From Chloroflexota bacterium (lineage in GTDB: Bacteria > Chloroflexota > Anaerolineae > Anaerolineales > Villigracilaceae), in contig SXKT01000014.1 of NCBI GenBank assembly GCA_005778035.1, positions 9,285 through 73,284 of the forward strand: a stretch of 64,000 nt of DNA, in the 5' to 3' direction. Under the pieces are notes generated by a model. The model was given only the letters and a program-made list of their open reading frames with translations. It had not been told where the DNA came from and searched no databases. The position numbers and the translations under genes were made by a program. Numbering within the stretch: the first letter of the stretch is position 1; each line of letters starts with the position of its first letter. This document shows, piece by piece, positions 18,077 through 27,073 of this stretch.

Positions 18077-20272
18077 ATGAAGGCGCCTGACCAGAGAGTG
18101 ATCAACTTCCAAACGGAAAACGGCCAAGAGGTGGAGCCTGAGGCGATCGTTTTCCAACTGGAACCACCCGCGGATGCGTTTCGCGGGCGGGCTGATGCAT
18201 TTTTAACCGCATACTTGATGCTTAATGGCAATTCGGCTGACCCTGCCAACTCTGTTGAGCACATTAAAAACCTGCTGGTAACTGGTTTTTATAATTTTGC
18301 CGGGCCACTTACCAGTGCGCTAAAAAATGCGGTAGAACAAATTAATACCATGCTGATGGATGCAAACTTGCGTACAACGAGCAAGGGGCAATATCGTTTT
18401 GGGTGTATTGTCTTGGTCTGCCACCATCAAAACAAATTGACGATAGTCCAATCGGGGCCGGTACGCGCTTATCTGATAGGTAGCCCGATCAAAGAATATT
18501 ATGACCCCAACCTTGCAGGCAAGGGTCTGGGTATTTCTCCAACGCCCAAAATGTATTTTTCCCAAACCCCGGTCACCATCGGAGATTCTCTGTTGGTCAG
18601 CTTGGAACAGCCGGAGAGTTGGCATTCTGTGCTAATGAACATGTCGGCTGGAAAAACACCTGAGGAAATTAAACAAAGCCTGGTTGGAGCAGCCAGGCAA
18701 AGTGCTGCTGGTATGTTGTTACACTACCCAACTACAGTATTCCAACCCTCCCCTGTGGAAACAAATCATTCCGACGGGGCAACGGTGTTGGATCGTTCAG
18801 TTCGGCAGAACGAGGGTGGGCGCAATTCTCCAAAGCAGCCCCCACTGATCTCTGATGGGAGCAGAAGGCAGGCCCGCAGGAGCAGGCATGCCCAATCCGC
18901 ACCAAATTTTACCGGTTTGGTTCTTTGGCTGCTGAATGGAATTCGGGCAATTAGGCAGGCAACCACAAAACTTGCCATCACAATTGAAAGCAACCTTTTT
19001 CATATATTACCGGAAGATGATTTGCATCCTTCCATTCAAAGCGGTTCACAGAGAGCCGGCCTAATTACAGCTATTCTGTTGCCTGTCTCGGTGTTGATCC
19101 TTGCCCAGTTGGTCTACTCCAATATTGGGTTCGATGCCCGATATAGCGAGTATTTGGAGCTTGCCCGCTCAAATGTGATCGCCGCCGGTGCAAGTTCTGA
19201 TATCAATGTAAAAAAAACTGAGATGTCCTCAGCGATCAACTGGATCAATAAGGCCGAGAAAAGCGCAGGACAACTGGATCCTGAAGCGGATTCGTTGCGT
19301 CGGTTGGTTATGACGGAGCTTGACGGATTCGATAAGATCATCCGCCTCTCATATGTTCCTATATTGTCACAACCTCTCAACCTGCCCACCGCGATCAACC
19401 GGATGCGAGCCAGCAAAACGGATCTGTTCTTGTTGGATTCTGTGGACAATAAGATCTTGCGGTTTGTAAATAATGGGCAGAGGTTTGACCAGGACAACGG
19501 ATTCACCTGTGAGGGTGGAACCGTATCCGATGGCCAGGGAGGTACCATTGAAATGGGTCGCTTGATCGATATGGTGCCTGTTTCCAGGGCGCTGCAAAAT
19601 CCGGCTGTGGTGATCGCGATTGATGAGAATGCCCACCTGCTTTATTGTTCGCCATCTGGCAGGCCGGTGGGTGCGGCATTGAAAATCCCAGACCTGGGGA
19701 TCAAGCAGGTCGGCGGGTTGGCAATTTATGAGCGGATGTTATTTATCCTCGACCCTATTGGCAACGCTATTTGGTACTATTTCTCCGATGACGAATGGCA
19801 ATTTTCGGATGCTCCCTCGTTCCCCTTTGGCGCGGAGATCCCTGGCGGAATGGAAAATGCCACTGGGTTAGCGGTAGGCAGTGACAGCCTGACAATATTG
19901 TTCTCAGATGGCCATCTATCAATTTGCGCATTTAGCGGCGCTACCGGAACTGCGACCAATTGCCAGGAAAGAACTGCTCTACCAGCGGTAGCCTCTGATG
20001 GTGCAGATAGCGGTGAAATGAAATTAGCCGTTTACACCGCGGTCCAGATCACCGAACAACCAAATATGGCTTTGTTATTGTTGGACTCCTCAAACAGAGA
20101 GGTGACCATGTTCAGCCCCCGCTCATTTGATCTGCAATCCCGCTTTAAAAGCCTGGCAGGTGCATCGGATCCATTTCCGAAGACGGCAGTCATTCGTTTG
20201 ATGGCGATAAGCCCAAATAAGGCCATCTTCCTGTTGGTGGGAGACCAGATTTATACAGCGACCTTGCAATAA
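18077..20272 (+). CDS. Hypothetical single-pass membrane protein, 731 aa
   Basis: No confident family. Soluble N-terminal ~220 aa, then a basic linker (RRQARRSRH), one TM helix (GLITAILLPVSVLILAQLVYS), and a ~380-aa C-terminal domain. A strong terminator follows. Confidence 0.7.
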   Translation: MKAPDQRVINFQTENGQEVEPEAIVFQLEPPADAFRGRADAFLTAYLMLNGNSADPANSVEHIKNLLVTGFYNFAGPLTSALKNAVEQINTMLMDANLRTTSKGQYRFGCIVLVCHHQNKLTIVQSGPVRAYLIGSPIKEYYDPNLAGKGLGISPTPKMYFSQTPVTIGDSLLVSLEQPESWHSVLMNMSAGKTPEEIKQSLVGAARQSAAGMLLHYPTTVFQPSPVETNHSDGATVLDRSVRQNEGGRNSPKQPPLISDGSRRQARRSRHAQSAPNFTGLVLWLLNGIRAIRQATTKLAITIESNLFHILPEDDLHPSIQSGSQRAGLITAILLPVSVLILAQLVYSNIGFDARYSEYLELARSNVIAAGASSDINVKKTEMSSAINWINKAEKSAGQLDPEADSLRRLVMTELDGFDKIIRLSYVPILSQPLNLPTAINRMRASKTDLFLLDSVDNKILRFVNNGQRFDQDNGFTCEGGTVSDGQGGTIEMGRLIDMVPVSRALQNPAVVIAIDENAHLLYCSPSGRPVGAALKIPDLGIKQVGGLAIYERMLFILDPIGNAIWYYFSDDEWQFSDAPSFPFGAEIPGGMENATGLAVGSDSLTILFSDGHLSICAFSGATGTATNCQERTALPAVASDGADSGEMKLAVYTAVQITEQPNMALLLLDSSNREVTMFSPRSFDLQSRFKSLAGASDPFPKTAVIRLMAISPNKAIFLLVGDQIYTATLQ

Positions 20273-20299
20273 AAAAAACCGCCTAACAGGCGGTTTTTT
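20273..20299. terminator. Bidirectional rho-independent terminator between convergent genes
   Basis: aaaaaaccgcct-aac-aggcggtttttt. Perfect 12-bp stem (GC core ccgcct/aggcgg) flanked by an A-run and a T-run. Confidence 0.85.
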
Positions 20300-20304
20300 G
20301 AAAG

Positions 20305-20886
20305 TCAGGCTGTTTCCAGCTTTAGGCCCTTGGCATGCACAGGGTAAGGCATATTTTTTGCGCTTCTTACCGCCTGTTCATGCGCTTTTAGCCCGTCAAT
20401 TCGCCTTTGAACATGCGGGGCAAAGTATCCTTTGTAACGCGTCTGCAGTTCAGGCAATTGCCAATCGCTGCCAGTAACGCTCCTTCTGCAATTGGGGGTG
20501 CCACAATTGCAGCTAAACTCATCGTATGCAACCGTATCGCACATAGCGTAATCGAAGCAAACTTCTTCACCGACTGCGATATCGCGCATGGCTACCAGGC
20601 CGATTTGGCCAAGCAGACCGGCATTTGGGGTGCAACTGTGGTTCACATAATCCCCAGAGCCAATCGGCCTGGGTACCAGGAACAGGTTTTCTTCCACCTG
20701 GATGCATAAACTGCGTTCGATATCGGGCAGGTTCTTAAAAGTTTCCCACTCATACACAACGCCGCCAAAGACGGCCAAGACCTCTCCCTTTTTGAGGGGG
20801 AGAGTGGCAAAGATGCCATTACCGCCAGATTTTTTGGCGGAGGCATGGATCTTAGGGGATAGGTACGAACTCGGCTGATTGGACAT
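20305..20886 (-). CDS. SET domain protein (putative protein lysine methyltransferase)
   Basis: SET signature motifs NHSCTPN and EEVCFDY, plus a post-SET Cys cluster CNCGTPNCR. Confidence 0.85.
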   Translation of the reverse strand: MSNQPSSYLSPKIHASAKKSGGNGIFATLPLKKGEVLAVFGGVVYEWETFKNLPDIERSLCIQVEENLFLVPRPIGSGDYVNHSCTPNAGLLGQIGLVAMRDIAVGEEVCFDYAMCDTVAYDEFSCNCGTPNCRRSVTGSDWQLPELQTRYKGYFAPHVQRRIDGLKAHEQAVRSAKNMPYPVHAKGLKLETA

Positions 20887-21024
20887 TCATAAAAATTCCT
20901 TCTGATTAAACATAATAGCGTCCCCCCCGATTTAGAAAAAACCAAGGAAAACGCAAGCGATATATATAATACATCAATATGGTGTAGTGTAAAGGGGTGG
21001 GAGAAACAGATTAATAATGGTTTG

Positions 21025-21744
21025 TTATGATTTTTTCCAAGTCTGATAGATAGCAAGATTCCCTTTCGTTCCATCCGAAAAATACGAGTTCACGACCCTG
21101 AAACCCGCAGATTTGGCATGGTCGTTCAGTTCTTGTTGGCTGTAATGATGGGCATATCTGATCCCTTTTCCACCTGATCGCCAGTCTAGCAAATGGTCAC
21201 CTTCTTCTACTTCTTTGGTTGGAATGCCCACATCTTCCCATGGAAGGATACGGGCGGTAAGCTTGGGGCTATTGAGGAATTGCCACACAGAAAACACAAA
21301 AATGCCGTTATCCGCCAATCGGGCACGAATATTGGCAAAAAAAAGGTTGCGTTGATCTTTGCCAGCGATATGGTGCAGTACGGCAAAGGAGGTGATAACA
21401 TCGTGGATTGCGTCGCCACCCTGAAATTGCCAAGCGGGTTTGGTGAGATCAACCTGTTGAAATGTGTACCTGTTGGTAGGCAAGTTTGCTTGCGCATGGC
21501 GAAGCAAAGGTTGGCTAAGATCTATGCCAGAAAAATGGCCAGAGAATCCAGCCGATTCCAAGGCGTGGGCAAATGACCCATTCCCACATCCAACATCCAA
21601 AATGGATGCCGCGTTTATAAAAGCTGGAATTTGAGCGGCAACACCGGGTTGTACCCGTCCGCGTGTTTTTGAAAATTCATCTCCGAGATCGTCATAAAAA
21701 ATTTGGTTGATCTTGTTGATCTGTTGCAACACAGCAAGGCGCAT
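21025..21744 (-). CDS. Class I SAM-dependent methyltransferase
   Basis: Motif I ILDVGCGNG. 239 aa. Confidence 0.8.
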   Translation of the reverse strand: MRLAVLQQINKINQIFYDDLGDEFSKTRGRVQPGVAAQIPAFINAASILDVGCGNGSFAHALESAGFSGHFSGIDLSQPLLRHAQANLPTNRYTFQQVDLTKPAWQFQGGDAIHDVITSFAVLHHIAGKDQRNLFFANIRARLADNGIFVFSVWQFLNSPKLTARILPWEDVGIPTKEVEEGDHLLDWRSGGKGIRYAHHYSQQELNDHAKSAGFRVVNSYFSDGTKGNLAIYQTWKKS

Positions 21745-22529
21745 TATTTATTGCGGTAGTTGAAAAACGCGTAGCCAGCCAGCAACAAAGCGGCACCAAC
21801 CAAGCCACCACCGAGGAGCCCGTAGATATTCCAACTTCCACCTTCCGGTTGAGTATCGGTTAGGGATGTCTCGGCCCTGATCTGGGCGCCAAAATCGACA
21901 TAGATCTGCTCTCCAACCTTAACATCGAGCGTAAAGTTTTGTTGTGTGGTTGGGTTATACCCCTCTGGCGCGGCAACGGAAATATTGTAGGTACCAGAGA
22001 GCACTGCTTCGAAACAGACCGGGTCTGCCGCGGTGGTTGTTGTGGCTGTCTTTGAATATTGGCCGGATGTACCAGTCACACTGATGGCACCGTTCTCTAT
22101 TACGGTTTCGGTGTCTTGCTTTAAGGCGTCGCCATTTAGGTCGTTATATAAAAGCACGCAGATCTTTCCGCTACCGATTTCAGGGGTTGGGGTTGGCAAT
22201 GGTATCGCCGTGGCTAACGAAGGGTCGGGAGTAGCGGTAGCGGCTTCCCCGGTATCTACAATTCCAATCAAGATCTCCTGGCCAACCTGCAAGGTGCAAT
22301 TCTCATCCAGCCTGTTGAGTGATTTGAGCTGGCTTACCGGGATACCTGTGAAATTTTGGATAGTGGAACAATTCCAACCTTCTTGCACCACGATGATGAT
22401 GCGACCGTCTTCCTGGGGTGTGGGAGTAACAAAGCCTTGCGTCGCGTTAGATGCCCTGACAGTGCCGGGAAGGATCGGTAGCAATAACAGGCCGCAAACT
22501 GTAAAGAATAGAATTATTTGCTTTTTCAT
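21744..22529 (-). CDS. LysM domain protein, secreted with a C-terminal membrane anchor
   Basis: Signal peptide MKKQIILFFTVCGLLLLPILPGTVRA. LysM-like segment CSTIQNFTGIPVSQLKSLNRLDENCTLQVGQEILI. Pro/Thr linker. C-terminal TM helix. Confidence 0.75.
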   Translation of the reverse strand: MKKQIILFFTVCGLLLLPILPGTVRASNATQGFVTPTPQEDGRIIIVVQEGWNCSTIQNFTGIPVSQLKSLNRLDENCTLQVGQEILIGIVDTGEAATATPDPSLATAIPLPTPTPEIGSGKICVLLYNDLNGDALKQDTETVIENGAISVTGTSGQYSKTATTTTAADPVCFEAVLSGTYNISVAAPEGYNPTTQQNFTLDVKVGEQIYVDFGAQIRAETSLTDTQPEGGSWNIYGLLGGGLVGAALLLAGYAFFNYRNK

Positions 22530-22547
22530 GATTCACCAAAAAACCTT

Positions 22548-24260
22548 CTATTGGTTGCCCGCGTTGGCGGCAACCAATAATTCGCGAGCGGAAGTGATCG
22601 TGCCTTCCGATAGCTCACCAAACATTGAGGCGATCTCTGTCAATCGCTCATCCTGGGCCAATTGGCGCACGATCGTGGTCGTGCGCCCATCCTTTTGCAC
22701 TTTTTCTACTTTGTAGTGTTGGTTGCCAAAGGCTGCCAATTGTGGCAAGTGGGTAACACAAAACACCTGGTGTGAAAGCCCCAAATTGAAGAGTTTTTCT
22801 CCGACCACATTGCCAACCCTGCCACCAATGCCCTGGTCGATCTCATCGAATACCAACGTAGGGATATTGTCTTCAGTAGCGAGGGTATTTTTTAATGCCA
22901 ACATAAGGCGAGAAGTTTCTCCACCAGAAGCGATCTTTACCAGCGGTTTGAAACCTTCCCCCAGGTTGGGGGCGATCATAAATTCGACGCGGTCAAATCC
23001 ATTTTTATCAAAGGCAGGTTGGTTTGGGCCGGCTTCCTCATCCGAGAGAGGCTGAATTTCCACCTGGAATTTTGCGGATGCCATTTTTAGGTCATCCAGT
23101 TCTTGCTCTACCCTGGAACCCAAAAGCTTGGCGGCGGCAATGCGTTGGTTTGTCAGGTTTTGCCCAAGGTCGGTTAGTCGATTCAATTGGTGTTCTTTTT
23201 GTTCTTCCAAAAGTTGGATCTGTTCATCGCCATAGGTGATGGTATCCAACTCGGCGACGGCCTTTTGTTCGTATTCTGTAATGCTTTCGATACTGCCGCC
23301 ATATTTGCGGCTGAGTTGGTTTAACAGGTCCAGCCGGTTATCCAGTGCCTCAAGCCGGTTGGGGTTAAATTCTATGGCTTCCCCGTACAACCGCAGGTCG
23401 TGGGCGAGTTCACCGAGTGTTTCGAATGCGGTTTCAGCCCGGTCCAGCAAATCCTGCTGGCTGGGGTCCAGCCGGGCAAGGGTATGCATGGTGGTGGTAA
23501 GGTTGCCAAGTTGGTCGGTGATAGATGGGTTTTCGTAGCTACCTTCGTCCAGTAATTGGGTACTTTGCTGTACAGCCAAGGAGAGCGCTTCGGCGTTGGC
23601 GAGCCTGTCGCGTTCGGTTTTCAGTTGTTCGTCTTCACCGGGCTTGAATGCGGCTTTTTTGATCTCATCGATCTGGTAGCGTAACATATCTTGCCGCTGG
23701 CTGGCGTTAGATTGGATCTGCCGTATTCGGGCAAGTTCTCGATTGGTTTTTGAGTATTCAGCAAATAAGGATTGGTAATCCGCTTTGATCGCTGACAAAT
23801 CGGCGAACCTGTCCAGCAATTCTACATGGGTCTTAACATTGAAGATCGATAAATGTTCGGTTTGTCCGTGAATATCTACCAATAATTCTGCCAGCGATTT
23901 TAAGACCTGTGCGCCTGCCGCGCGGCCGTTGACGCGTGTGGTCGTGCGGCCCTCTTTGCGGATCTCGCGGCTGATCACCAGCGAGCCATCTTCCTCCAGA
24001 AGTTCCTCCTGGGAAAGCAGAGTCTGGATGGGATCCTTGTTGCGTCCATTGAGGACAAATTCACCTTCAATGGTTGCCCTTTCCGCACCAGTTCTGATCA
24101 TTGTTGGTTCTGTTTTGCCGCCCAATAACACATCCAATGCGTCCAGGATGATCGATTTGCCTGCGCCTGTTTCGCCGGTGAAGACCACCAAACGTGGCTC
24201 AAGAGACAGTTCGAGCGCATCTATGATGGCAAAGTTATGGATTCGTAACAGGGTCAGCAT
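22548..24260 (-). CDS. recN: DNA repair protein RecN
   Basis: 570 aa. Walker A GETGAGKS, a long coiled-coil middle region, and a C-terminal SMC-like signature region. Confidence 0.92.
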   Translation of the reverse strand: MLTLLRIHNFAIIDALELSLEPRLVVFTGETGAGKSIILDALDVLLGGKTEPTMIRTGAERATIEGEFVLNGRNKDPIQTLLSQEELLEEDGSLVISREIRKEGRTTTRVNGRAAGAQVLKSLAELLVDIHGQTEHLSIFNVKTHVELLDRFADLSAIKADYQSLFAEYSKTNRELARIRQIQSNASQRQDMLRYQIDEIKKAAFKPGEDEQLKTERDRLANAEALSLAVQQSTQLLDEGSYENPSITDQLGNLTTTMHTLARLDPSQQDLLDRAETAFETLGELAHDLRLYGEAIEFNPNRLEALDNRLDLLNQLSRKYGGSIESITEYEQKAVAELDTITYGDEQIQLLEEQKEHQLNRLTDLGQNLTNQRIAAAKLLGSRVEQELDDLKMASAKFQVEIQPLSDEEAGPNQPAFDKNGFDRVEFMIAPNLGEGFKPLVKIASGGETSRLMLALKNTLATEDNIPTLVFDEIDQGIGGRVGNVVGEKLFNLGLSHQVFCVTHLPQLAAFGNQHYKVEKVQKDGRTTTIVRQLAQDERLTEIASMFGELSEGTITSARELLVAANAGNQ

Positions 24261-24264
24261 TGTT

Positions 24265-24774
24265 TCACCGGAATAATTGGATGCCTGATAGCCGGGTGTA
24301 TAAAGTGGGGACAGCCAAAACCAGGTAGGCTATAAGGTACAGAATTGCGCCGAAATTTAGTAAAGCAAACGGCAATGCTCCGATTACAGCACCTATGGCA
24401 ATGATACGGAACAAGGCCGCGGAGCGGTGACGGCGGGTGACTGCGCGGCAACTTTCGGCCATCATGGCGCCTGCTGTGGGGGCGCCTGCCAATATGGCGA
24501 ACCAGGCAAAAAAACCAAAGCTACCTACGATCCCAACCAACAGGCTGGCCAGCGCCGAGAGTATGGCAGCGGTAACAAATCCTGTCACAAAATCTATTGG
24601 CTCAGCCGTGTCGAAGGCTTTTTGGTGTTTCTTGACGCATTGCGGGCATTGGTATCCGGTAGGGGTTTTTATAGCGCATTTTACACAAATGGGTTCATTG
24701 CAACGTTTACAACGCAACATGGTGGATGCACTTGGGTGGTTGAAACAATACAGTTCGGCAGGTTCGGTAGTCAT
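24265..24774 (-). CDS. B-box-like zinc-finger membrane protein
   Basis: N-terminal Cys/His module CFNHP..CKRCNEPICVKCA..YQCPQC followed by about 4 hydrophobic helices. ATGA overlap with the nadK stop. Confidence 0.65.
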   Translation of the reverse strand: MTTEPAELYCFNHPSASTMLRCKRCNEPICVKCAIKTPTGYQCPQCVKKHQKAFDTAEPIDFVTGFVTAAILSALASLLVGIVGSFGFFAWFAILAGAPTAGAMMAESCRAVTRRHRSAALFRIIAIGAVIGALPFALLNFGAILYLIAYLVLAVPTLYTRLSGIQLFR

Positions 24775-25637
24775 CGGGGCAGGTTGTTGAAAGTGTTTTG
24801 GCTCATGTGGGCGGTAAGGTTGCGGTAAAAATAACCGGGGTCTCCAAAGCGCAGGAACATTGCATTAAAAGGGCAACGGCGAACAAAGACAATATCATCC
24901 TCAGCCAGGTTGTGGGGCATTTGGCCATCGATGCTCATTACCGTGTTATCACTAAGCACCCGCATGGATACGGAAGCACCCTCTGATAATACGATCGCCC
25001 TGTCTACCGAAAGGTGAGGGGCGATAGGAATCAGCAAAATGTTGCGCAACTCTGGCGGAAGGATGGGACCCCCTGAGGCAAGCGCGTATGCGGTTGAGCC
25101 TGTTGCTGTCGATGCTATCAAACCGTCACAAACGTAGCGGGTAAGATATTGGCCATCAACTGTTGCTTCTACATGGATGGGCCGCAGGATATGGCTGCGG
25201 CTTACTACGGCATCGTTTAGGGCATACCAACTGCCCAGCACCTCACCTGAGCGGGATAACTCAGCCGAAAGCATCATCCTGTGTTCTATCCAGCCATTTC
25301 CTTCAAGCAGCTGGTTGACCATTGCTTCCCATCCGCCCTCAAAGACCTGCATTAAAAAGCCTAATCTGCCTTTGTTCAGGCCAAGGACCGGGATGTTGTG
25401 TGGAGCGCACAGGTGGCTGGCGCGCAGCATGGTGCCATCACCGCCAACCGCGATCACAAGGTCGAATTCTCCACTGTGCACCTGCTTGCGCAATTTTTCA
25501 TCGTTTAATGAACCATGCTTGGACTGAATGCCTTTTGCGGAGATAAAATCGGCAATTGTTTTCGATTCCGAGAGGGCATCGGGGAGTTTTGGGTGGCCAA
25601 GGACCGCTACTTTGCTTGGTATGAAGGATTGTTCCAT
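24771..25637 (-). CDS. nadK: NAD+ kinase
   Basis: GGDG motif (VIAVGGDGTMLRA). Start moved to ATG 25637 (MEQSFIPSKVAVLG) because the 365-aa ORF-track version runs into feoB. Confidence 0.88.
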   Translation of the reverse strand: MEQSFIPSKVAVLGHPKLPDALSESKTIADFISAKGIQSKHGSLNDEKLRKQVHSGEFDLVIAVGGDGTMLRASHLCAPHNIPVLGLNKGRLGFLMQVFEGGWEAMVNQLLEGNGWIEHRMMLSAELSRSGEVLGSWYALNDAVVSRSHILRPIHVEATVDGQYLTRYVCDGLIASTATGSTAYALASGGPILPPELRNILLIPIAPHLSVDRAIVLSEGASVSMRVLSDNTVMSIDGQMPHNLAEDDIVFVRRCPFNAMFLRFGDPGYFYRNLTAHMSQNTFNNLPR

Positions 25638-25672
25638 TGCTACATTATAAATCCATTGACCTGTTTTTTTTG

Positions 25673-27073
25673 CTAACCCCAGCCAAGCAGGCGAGCAACG
25701 GTGGCGGTAATAAATGTAACCCCAATGGCAGAGCCAAGCGTGATGACCACGCTCCAAACAGCCCATTTGACCGATTTGGTTTCGTGGTAAATGGTTAGGA
25801 TAGTGGTGCCACAGGGGTTGTGAAGCAACGCAAATAACATCAGGTTTATGGCTGTGAGCATGGTCCAACCGTTTTGGTTCATTAATAGTGACCTGATACC
25901 CTCATTGCTACCAGGACCATCCACCATGCTGCCGGCACCCAAATACATCATCATCATTGTGGGAACGACAATCTCGTTGGCGGGAATTGCGATAATGTAT
26001 GCAAGCAAGATCACGCCATCCAACCCCAGCGCGTACCCAAACGGCTGCAAAAAGTTGGCAGTATGGGTGGCAAGGCTGGTACCCGCAACATTGATGTTTG
26101 CCAGCAACCAAATGGCAGCGCCGGCAGGTGCAGCTGTTTGCAAGGCCCTGCCCAGCACGAAGATGGTACGGTCAACCAGTGAGGTATAAAGGATGCGCAT
26201 AACATTTGGGCGGCGGTAAGGCGGTAATTCGAGGGTAAACGCGGATGCCTGACCTTTGAGGATGGTTTGGGACAGCCCCCACGAGACCACCAAGGTAAAG
26301 ATCACACCGATCAGAACCACTCCCACTACCGAGGTGGCGGCGATGATTGAGGTCCACACTGGTGAAAAGGAAGCCGCCACAAAAACAGTGGATAGCATAA
26401 TGAGGGTGGGGAAACGCCCATTGCAAGGGACAAAGTTGTTGGTAAGGATGGCGATCAACCTTTCCCTCGGAGAGTCGATGATGCGGGTTGAAATTATGCC
26501 TGCCGCGTTGCAACCAAAACCCATGGCCATGGTCAGGGATTGTTTCCCATGCGCGCCGGCTTTTTTGTAGAGCCAATCCAAATTAAAGGCCACGCGCGGC
26601 AGGTAACCCAGGTCTTCCAACAAGGTAAACGATGGAAAAAAGATGGCCATAGGGGGGAGCATTACCGCGACGATCCAAGCCATTGCCCTGTAAATGCCAT
26701 CCCAAAGGAAACCGGTGATATACCACGGAATGCCAACCTGAGTAAAGAGTTGCGAACCCCAGGCGCCGATGGGGAAGAGGATATTCGAGATCCAGGCTGA
26801 TACCACGTTGGCGCCGCTTACAGTTATCCAGATGATCAAGGCGAGGAGGGAGAGCATGATCGGCAAACCGAAAATCGGTGATGTGACGATTTGGTCAACT
26901 CGTTGGTCGAAGTCCACACTCTTTTGGCTGGTGGATCGTACAGAGCGTTTGGCGATCTGTTCAGCTTCGCTGTAAATAGATTGAACTATGTCATCACGAA
27001 ACGCAGGGCTGAGGGAGTTGCGTAATTGTTCTGCCTTAATAAGTACATTGGCAGGGTCAAAATTGTCGGCCAT
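25673..27073 (-). CDS. feoB: Ferrous iron transporter FeoB, membrane-domain polypeptide (split FeoB, part 2)
   Basis: 466 aa and polytopic. Begins at the point where the membrane domain starts in single-chain FeoB (..VDQIVTSPIFGLPIMLSLLALI..). Its ATG overlaps the upstream stop by 1 nt (TAATG). Confidence 0.85.
   Translation of the reverse strand: MADNFDPANVLIKAEQLRNSLSPAFRDDIVQSIYSEAEQIAKRSVRSTSQKSVDFDQRVDQIVTSPIFGLPIMLSLLALIIWITVSGANVVSAWISNILFPIGAWGSQLFTQVGIPWYITGFLWDGIYRAMAWIVAVMLPPMAIFFPSFTLLEDLGYLPRVAFNLDWLYKKAGAHGKQSLTMAMGFGCNAAGIISTRIIDSPRERLIAILTNNFVPCNGRFPTLIMLSTVFVAASFSPVWTSIIAATSVVGVVLIGVIFTLVVSWGLSQTILKGQASAFTLELPPYRRPNVMRILYTSLVDRTIFVLGRALQTAAPAGAAIWLLANINVAGTSLATHTANFLQPFGYALGLDGVILLAYIIAIPANEIVVPTMMMMYLGAGSMVDGPGSNEGIRSLLMNQNGWTMLTAINLMLFALLHNPCGTTILTIYHETKSVKWAVWSVVITLGSAIGVTFITATVARLLGWG

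Noticed and set aside
25638-25868. A 77-codon N-terminal extension of nadK, giving the 365-aa ORF-track version.
   Set aside because: The extension overlaps the 3' end of feoB, is rich in His, Trp and Cys, and is unlike any NAD kinase. The internal ATG at 25637 gives the normal N-terminus.
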